This document shows, one piece after another, positions 58,536 through 64,000 of a DNA stretch of 64,000 nucleotides. Both the position numbers and the translations under genes were made by a program. Source of the stretch: Candidatus Paraprochloron terpiosi LD05 (lineage in GTDB: Bacteria > Cyanobacteriota > Cyanobacteriia > Cyanobacteriales > Prochloraceae); contig CP073341.1 in assembly GCA_018141785.1 (NCBI GenBank), positions 1,657,422 through 1,721,421 of the forward strand, written 5' to 3'. Below the pieces are notes generated by a model that did not search any database, had not been told where the DNA came from, and saw only the letters and a program-made list of their open reading frames with translations. Positions within the stretch are counted from its first letter, which is position 1. Each line of letters starts with the position of its first letter.

Positions 58536-60286
58536 TGGTTTCCTCAACTATCCTTCCCCCAAAAATATCCGTTACTCGTCAAACAGGGGCATTTGCCCTC
58601 ATTGACAGCTTAGTGCGTCACGGAGTCAAGCATATTTTCGGCTATCCCGGTGGCGCGATCCTGCCCATATATGATGAGGTATATCGGGCAGAATCTCGGG
58701 GAGACATTCAGCATATTCTCGTCCGTCACGAACAAGGAGCAGTTCATGCAGCAGACGGCTATACCCGCGCCACGGGTAAAGTAGGGGTGTGTTTCGCAAC
58801 TTCTGGTCCCGGTGCTACGAACCTGGTAACGGGCATCGCTACGGCTCACATGGATTCTATTGCTATGGTGGCGGTTACAGGGCAGGTGCCTCTAGGGGCC
58901 ATCGGTACCGATGCTTTCCAAGAAACGGATATCTTCGGTATTACCCTACCTATTGTGAAACATTCCTACCTGGTAAGGGATGGCAAGGATATGGCCCGCA
59001 TCGTTGCCGAAGCCTTCCATATCGCCAGTACAGGTCGTCCGGGACCGGTTTTAATCGATGTGCCCAAGGATGTGGCCTTAAAAGAAGTGGACTATGTACC
59101 TGTGGAACCGGGTGCAGTGCATTTAACAGGCTATAAACCTATCCTCAAGGGTGATATCAGTAAAATCGATGCTGCTTTGCGCCTCATGGAGGTGGCGAAA
59201 CAACCTCTCCTCTACGTGGGGGGTGGGGCAATTTCTGCTAATGCTCATCTTCAAGTAAAGGAACTGGCAGAACGGTTTCAAATCCCTGTAACCACTACTC
59301 TCATGGGGTTAGGAGCCTTTGATGAAAACCATCCTCTCTCCGTGTCTATGTTGGGAATGCATGGCACCGCTTATGCTAACTTCGCCGTCAGTGAGTGTGA
59401 TTTGCTTATTGCTGTGGGTGCTCGATTTGATGACCGAGTAACAGGTAAGTTAGATGAATTTGCCTCCCGTGCTCAGGTAATTCACATCGACATCGATTCC
59501 GCAGAAGTGGGGAAAAACCGCGCCCCGGAGGTGGGTATTGTAGGGGACGTAAGGCAGGTATTAGAGCAGATGCTGTCCCGGGCGCGAGAATTAGGGTTTC
59601 CTACTGATGTTAAACGGACAGCTAAGTGGTGGTCCCGCATTGATGGCTGGCGCAAAGATTATCCTTTAATGGTACCGAACCATAAGGATAATTTGTTTCC
59701 CCAAGAAGTTATTGTAGAGATAGGGCGTCAAGCTCCTCATGCTTATTATTCTACCGATGTGGGTCAACACCAAATGTGGGCGGCTCAGTTCCTGAAAAAT
59801 GGTCCCCGTCGCTGGATTTCCAGTTCTGGGTTGGGAACGATGGGTTACGGTCTTCCCGCTGCTCTGGGGGTAAAGGTAGCATTACCCCATGAAGAAGTTA
59901 TCTGTATCAGCGGAGATGGCAGTTTCCAGATGAATTTGCAGGAGTTGGGAACGCTTTATCAGTATAATATTAACGTCAAGACGGTTATTATTAATAATGG
60001 CTGGCAGGGTATGGTGCGCCAATGGCAGCAAACTTTCTACGGTGAGCGTTATGTGGCTTCCAATTTAGAATTGGGAATGCCTGATTTTGAGTTGTTAGCC
60101 AAAGCTTACGGTATCAAAGGGATGGTTATTAGGGAGCGGGCACAATTATCGGATGGTATTGCTGCTATGTTAGCCCATGATGGTCCGGTGTTGATGGATG
60201 TACGGGTGAAGAAGGACGAAAACTGTTACCCCATGGTTGCTCCTGGTAAGAGCAATGACCAAATGCTGGGACTGCCACAAAAATAA
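58535..60286 (+). CDS. ilvB: Acetolactate synthase large (catalytic) subunit
   Basis: [30 protein letters not shown] and the ThDP motif [14 protein letters not shown]...NN. GTG start uncertain. Confidence 0.93.
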   Translation: MVSSTILPPKISVTRQTGAFALIDSLVRHGVKHIFGYPGGAILPIYDEVYRAESRGDIQHILVRHEQGAVHAADGYTRATGKVGVCFATSGPGATNLVTGIATAHMDSIAMVAVTGQVPLGAIGTDAFQETDIFGITLPIVKHSYLVRDGKDMARIVAEAFHIASTGRPGPVLIDVPKDVALKEVDYVPVEPGAVHLTGYKPILKGDISKIDAALRLMEVAKQPLLYVGGGAISANAHLQVKELAERFQIPVTTTLMGLGAFDENHPLSVSMLGMHGTAYANFAVSECDLLIAVGARFDDRVTGKLDEFASRAQVIHIDIDSAEVGKNRAPEVGIVGDVRQVLEQMLSRARELGFPTDVKRTAKWWSRIDGWRKDYPLMVPNHKDNLFPQEVIVEIGRQAPHAYYSTDVGQHQMWAAQFLKNGPRRWISSSGLGTMGYGLPAALGVKVALPHEEVICISGDGSFQMNLQELGTLYQYNINVKTVIINNGWQGMVRQWQQTFYGERYVASNLELGMPDFELLAKAYGIKGMVIRERAQLSDGIAAMLAHDGPVLMDVRVKKDENCYPMVAPGKSNDQMLGLPQK

Positions 60287-60310
60287 TTGGCTCCGTAGGG
60301 TTCATTAATT

Positions 60311-60355
60311 GTAGGTTGGGTAGAGCGCAAGCGTTACCCAACAGCGCCAACCTAC
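60311..60355. repeat. REP-like hairpin, GTAGGTTGGGT...ACCCAAC...CCTAC family
   Basis: GTAGGTTGGGTAGAGCGCAAGCGTTACCCAACAGCGCCAACCTAC, 25 nt after the ilvB stop. Confidence 0.6.
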
Positions 60356-60366
60356 AGTTCATTTTG

Positions 60367-60984
60367 TCAATTATCTGAACGCCAGGTAAAAATAATTTCC
60401 TCGTCAGCCTGCCTAAATTCAATATTGAATTGGTCAAATACCACCTCTCTGCCCAAAATTATTTCTTCACATTCATCTGTTTGCACCCAAGCCACTGGAA
60501 CAGTCAGGGTATGGGAATCTAATGTGATTTCTATATTTCTTAAGAGGTAATTAATACTTCCTCCTATTCCTTCAGCTTTGCTTGTAACTTCCCCAGGAGC
60601 TTGACTATAACCCAAGTCAATACCCAATTGTTTGGTTATTAAACTAAAATCAGCCCCGGAATCAACTAGCATTTTAACCTGAAGAGGAGAAGATTGATTA
60701 AATTTGAGACTAACATCGTATTTAGGTTGCCACTCGTGATACTTGACCGTTTTTAACCTAATTGTCCTAAATTTAATCGGCTCGCAAAACTCATTCTCAA
60801 AGATGCGATCGATGATATATGCCGATGGATCTAGGTGAATACTTTCCCTTAATTGCCGATATTGGCGATTGTGGGCTATAATCCCATCTTTAGAAAAAGC
60901 AATCCACTCCCCCCGATATTTTTTTAATTCTTTTTTATTATCTGAATACCATTCATTTGGTGTTTGGTATAGTTTACTCATCAA
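60367..60984 (-). CDS. DUF5678-like N-terminal domain fused to retropepsin-like aspartyl protease
   Basis: N-terminal KKYRGEWIAFSKDGIIAH. C-terminal MLVDSGADFSLIT (the D-S/T-G-A active-site motif) and IILGREVV. Confidence 0.6.
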   Translation of the reverse strand: MMSKLYQTPNEWYSDNKKELKKYRGEWIAFSKDGIIAHNRQYRQLRESIHLDPSAYIIDRIFENEFCEPIKFRTIRLKTVKYHEWQPKYDVSLKFNQSSPLQVKMLVDSGADFSLITKQLGIDLGYSQAPGEVTSKAEGIGGSINYLLRNIEITLDSHTLTVPVAWVQTDECEEIILGREVVFDQFNIEFRQADEEIIFTWRSDN

Positions 60985-61153
60985 CTACCTCCCTCTCCAA
61001 TCCTAGTATACAAGATATTTGAATGACTTAGTGATATTTTAACATAATTTAACAATTCTACAATCTATCCTTCAATGATTTTGTTGGGTTTCGTGCCTCA
61101 ACCCAACCTACACTCCTCTCATAGCCCGCTGTGCCTCTGCGTGAAACAAAACC

Positions 61154-62743
61154 CTATATAGCTAAACTAACAAATACCTCAACCCCATACACAATTTCAA
61201 ACACCTCTTTTTTATAATCCAAACTCCACAATTCCAAAGCGCAATCATCATCAGATATCCTGGGAATTAAATGTAAATACAACACCCCCTTCTTGGCATT
61301 ATAATCACATTTTACCCTGGCGATCGCCCCAATTGGCCGCCGATCCAAAGCCACAGCCAAACGTAAAATAGCACTCAACTGCTCCACTATCTGGCGCTGC
61401 TTGGGAGGCAAGTTATTATAGGCTGAGTGCTTTTTCTTCGGCTTGTTCTTACGATGATAGCGAGCAATATTGGCAATAGTTTCCAACTCTATCTCAGTAA
61501 AGCCCAATAATTCCCCATGGCGAATCAAATAATAAGAATGCTTATGGTGGGCACCGTGACTAATATAGATACCGCAGTTATGCAAAATGGCTCCCACCCA
61601 GAGCAGTTGTCGTTCTTCAGCACCCCAGTCATGGAGATATCCTTGGGTTTGGTCAAAGATACTGAGAGCAAAATCAGCCACCCTCTCACCATAATCCAGA
61701 TCCACTCCATATTTGTCTGCTATTTTCATCACGCTGCGCTTTCTAATTTCGCTTTGGTAGCGTAAGTGACTGGAAATTAAGCCCTGGTTTAGCATCCAGT
61801 CTACAATTATCCCTTCCCGCAACGCCCGCTCACAGATAATTATTTCATCACAGGACAACATATTCATGGCTTCTTGCAAAATCATTGCCCCAGCTAGAAT
61901 GATTTCTCCTCGTCTCTGGGATACCCCAGGAATGGCAACCCGCTGGCGACAATTCATAGCAGCCAACTTCTTAACTATTCCCTTAATGTCTCCATAGCTC
62001 ATGGAATAGCCATTGAGAGGGTTGGGTTGAGTATTTAACTTCTCCAGAGCGTGAATAATAGCTAAAGTCTCAATCGTACCCGAAGTCCCCACCAAACGAG
62101 GTATTTCCCCCCTTTTTAGGTTACCCTGCAACTCCTCAACTGGACGTTCTAACATCCCCCTAATGTAAGCCTGAAGAGACTGTAACTCTTTCTGACTCAC
62201 GGGATCCGTAGTGATAAATTCCCGGGTCAAGCGCACTGCTCCCACCTTAGTACTGCTCAAAAAACGGGCGTCCATGGTGTCTGCGAGAATCAATTCTGTG
62301 GAACCCCCCCCAATATCGATAATAATATGGGGTTGGTTATAGAAGTTCATACAGGAAAGAACCCCCAGATAGATCCGGCGGGCTTCTTCTTGACCAGAGA
62401 TGAGATTCACAACCAAGCCCAATTTATCATAGATCCGATCTAAAAATGCCTGTCCGTTTTCGCTCTCACGGGTAGCGGAGGTAGCCACGGCAATAATATG
62501 TTCTGCATTGAAACTGACAGCTAAATCCTTGCACCGTTGTAAAGCGGCTAGAGACCTTGCCATCGCCTCTTCTGTAAGATTCCCCGTAACGGGATCCCGA
62601 TCCCCCAACCGCACCGTATCCTTCTGGCGGGCAATAATAGTAAAAGCAGCTCGGGACTTATTAATGCGCACCACCACCATATGGATCGAGTTAGTACCCA
62701 TATCAATGGCAGCGAGAATGCAGTCGTCAGAGTCAATCATCAT
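61154..62743 (-). CDS. ppx: Exopolyphosphatase / guanosine pentaphosphate phosphohydrolase (Ppx/GppA) with C-terminal HD domain
   Basis: AAIDMGTNSIHMVV, DIGGGSTE, then the HD region LHNCGIYISHGAHHKHSYYLI. Confidence 0.9.
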   Translation of the reverse strand: MMIDSDDCILAAIDMGTNSIHMVVVRINKSRAAFTIIARQKDTVRLGDRDPVTGNLTEEAMARSLAALQRCKDLAVSFNAEHIIAVATSATRESENGQAFLDRIYDKLGLVVNLISGQEEARRIYLGVLSCMNFYNQPHIIIDIGGGSTELILADTMDARFLSSTKVGAVRLTREFITTDPVSQKELQSLQAYIRGMLERPVEELQGNLKRGEIPRLVGTSGTIETLAIIHALEKLNTQPNPLNGYSMSYGDIKGIVKKLAAMNCRQRVAIPGVSQRRGEIILAGAMILQEAMNMLSCDEIIICERALREGIIVDWMLNQGLISSHLRYQSEIRKRSVMKIADKYGVDLDYGERVADFALSIFDQTQGYLHDWGAEERQLLWVGAILHNCGIYISHGAHHKHSYYLIRHGELLGFTEIELETIANIARYHRKNKPKKKHSAYNNLPPKQRQIVEQLSAILRLAVALDRRPIGAIARVKCDYNAKKGVLYLHLIPRISDDDCALELWSLDYKKEVFEIVYGVEVFVSLAI

Positions 62744-62886
62744 TAAAGAAACGAAGGTAGAGCCATGACCATGATAACATTTTACACCAAAAATATTTAT
62801 TCAAAAAGGGGTTGACAATATTAAGTTTTAGAGTTAGGGTTTTACCATAGGAGAGGAGTATCCCTTCTGTATGGGTCTTTTTTATT

Positions 62887-62998
62887 TGGCGTTGCTGCAA
62901 TCTTGATATGAAATAATAATAAACCGCTCCGGCGCAGAGGACACAGAGGAAAAAGAGAGAGCTAGTTCTTGCTCATTCATGTCTCAATTATGCAATGC
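62887..62998. mobile_element. MITE-like element, copy B (112 bp), flanked by TTTTTATTT on both sides
   Basis: GGCGTTGC...GCAATGCC. The 9-mer TTTTTATTT is at 62878-62886 and again at 62999-63007, a possible target-site duplication. Confidence 0.6.
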
Positions 62999-63128
62999 CT
63001 TTTATTTGACTTCGTACCTCTATAATAAAATAAAAACCCATTTCATGTAATCCTTCCCTCTTACCTTTGCGACTTTGCGCCTCTGCGAGTCTTTCGAGCG
63101 GCTACTTTGCGCGAAATTAAAATATTTG

Positions 63129-63986
63129 ATGAAACAAACTTGGCTTACCGTCATTAAACTGCTGCGCTGGGATAAACCCGCAGGAAGACTAATCCTCATG
63201 ATTCCAGCTTTGTGGGCAGTATTTCTAGCGGCATCCGGCACACCCCCATTACCCTTAGTGGTGGTGATTATTTTAGGCAGTATAGCAACCAGTGCCGCTG
63301 GCTGCGTCATCAACGACCTCTGGGACAGGGACATAGATCCCCTTGTAGAAAGAACCAGCGATCGCCCTCTTGCCTCCCGGGCACTTTCAGTTAAACTAGC
63401 CCTAGGGATAGCCTTCATTGCCCTAGCTTGCGCTGCCATAGCAGCATTCTATCTCAACCCCCTCAGCTTTTCTTTGTGCGTCGCCGCAGTGCCCGTAATT
63501 ATTTGCTATCCGGGAGCCAAGCGCTTCTTTCCCGTTCCCCAACTGGTGCTTTCTATAGCTTGGGGTTTTGCAGTTCTCATCTCATGGAGTGCAGTAACCG
63601 GGAACTTAGCCCAGGAAACTTGGCTCCTCTGGGGGGCTACCGTACTCTGGACTTTAGGATTTGATACGGTTTATGCTATGAGCGATCGGGAAGATGACCT
63701 CAAAATAGGAGTTAATTCCAGCGCTATCTTCTTCGGTAAATATGCAGCAGATGCAGTAGGGGTATTTTTTAGCGCTACCGCTGCCATACTTGCCTATTTG
63801 GGTATCTTTAGGGAGTTAAACCTAGGATTTTGGCTTGCTTGGAGTATAGCAGTTCTAGGTTGGTGTTGGCAATATACTCGTCTACGTACTGATGACATTC
63901 TCAAATCAGTTTACGGTGCTATTTTCCGGGAGAACGTTTGGCTGGGATTTATTTTACTAGCAGGAATGATTGGCGGTTCTTTGTAG
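63129..63986 (+). CDS. ubiA: 4-hydroxybenzoate polyprenyltransferase (UbiA family)
   Basis: LLRWDKPAGRLILMIPALWAV ... NDLWDRDIDPLVERTSDRPLASR ... YAMSDREDDLKIGVNS. Start taken at the internal Met. Confidence 0.85.
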   Translation: MKQTWLTVIKLLRWDKPAGRLILMIPALWAVFLAASGTPPLPLVVVIILGSIATSAAGCVINDLWDRDIDPLVERTSDRPLASRALSVKLALGIAFIALACAAIAAFYLNPLSFSLCVAAVPVIICYPGAKRFFPVPQLVLSIAWGFAVLISWSAVTGNLAQETWLLWGATVLWTLGFDTVYAMSDREDDLKIGVNSSAIFFGKYAADAVGVFFSATAAILAYLGIFRELNLGFWLAWSIAVLGWCWQYTRLRTDDILKSVYGAIFRENVWLGFILLAGMIGGSL

Positions 63987-64000
63987 GTTGGGTTGAAGAA

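Noticed and set aside
63020-63439. 139-aa minus-strand ORF antisense to ubiA
   Set aside because: It overlaps the clearly homologous UbiA-family frame and begins in the repeat module. The composition is Ala/Arg/Ser-rich, typical of antisense frames.
1-64000. tRNA, rRNA, tmRNA, RNase P and SRP RNA genes
   Set aside because: I scanned by eye for T-loop GGTTCGAATCC-type motifs and for conserved rRNA or tmRNA strings and found none. A tRNAscan/Infernal run would be needed to be certain.

Overview
This is a cyanobacterial chromosomal window. The evidence is HIP1 GCGATCGC palindromes (e.g. 3761-3768, 6345-6352, 45416-45423) and the genes kaiABC, psbA, ctaCDE/ctaAB, ndhS and thf1. About 45 protein genes can be assigned with confidence and most are housekeeping. 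Small accessory islets sit between them: two HicAB-type pairs (one broken at an A-run), a Uma2 nuclease, and two decayed TnpB/IS605-family elements with omega-RNA-like 3' tails. Two ~0.95-kb direct repeats of a frameshifted Rpn/DUF4351-like gene bracket the ctaCDE operon, and a vapBC remnant lies inside that segment. Between thiL and a ferrochelatase-like gene there is an MmeI-like Type IIL R-M gene, next to a Panacea (DUF4065) antitoxin-domain gene that overlaps an unassigned 150-aa partner. The most unusual feature is a 1.7-kb region (about 31.67-33.40 kb) that is dense in hairpins and has no plus-strand ORF in the supplied track. It contains a textbook group II intron domain V, a second degenerate domain-V copy and a GUGCG 5' motif, but no reverse transcriptase. 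I interpret it as one or more ORF-less group II introns, possibly nested. Several families of short dispersed repeats (a MITE, REP-like hairpins at gene 3' ends, STRR heptamers) are also present. I saw no rRNA gene, tRNA gene or CRISPR array. All calls come from reading the translations and DNA by eye; no database search was run.
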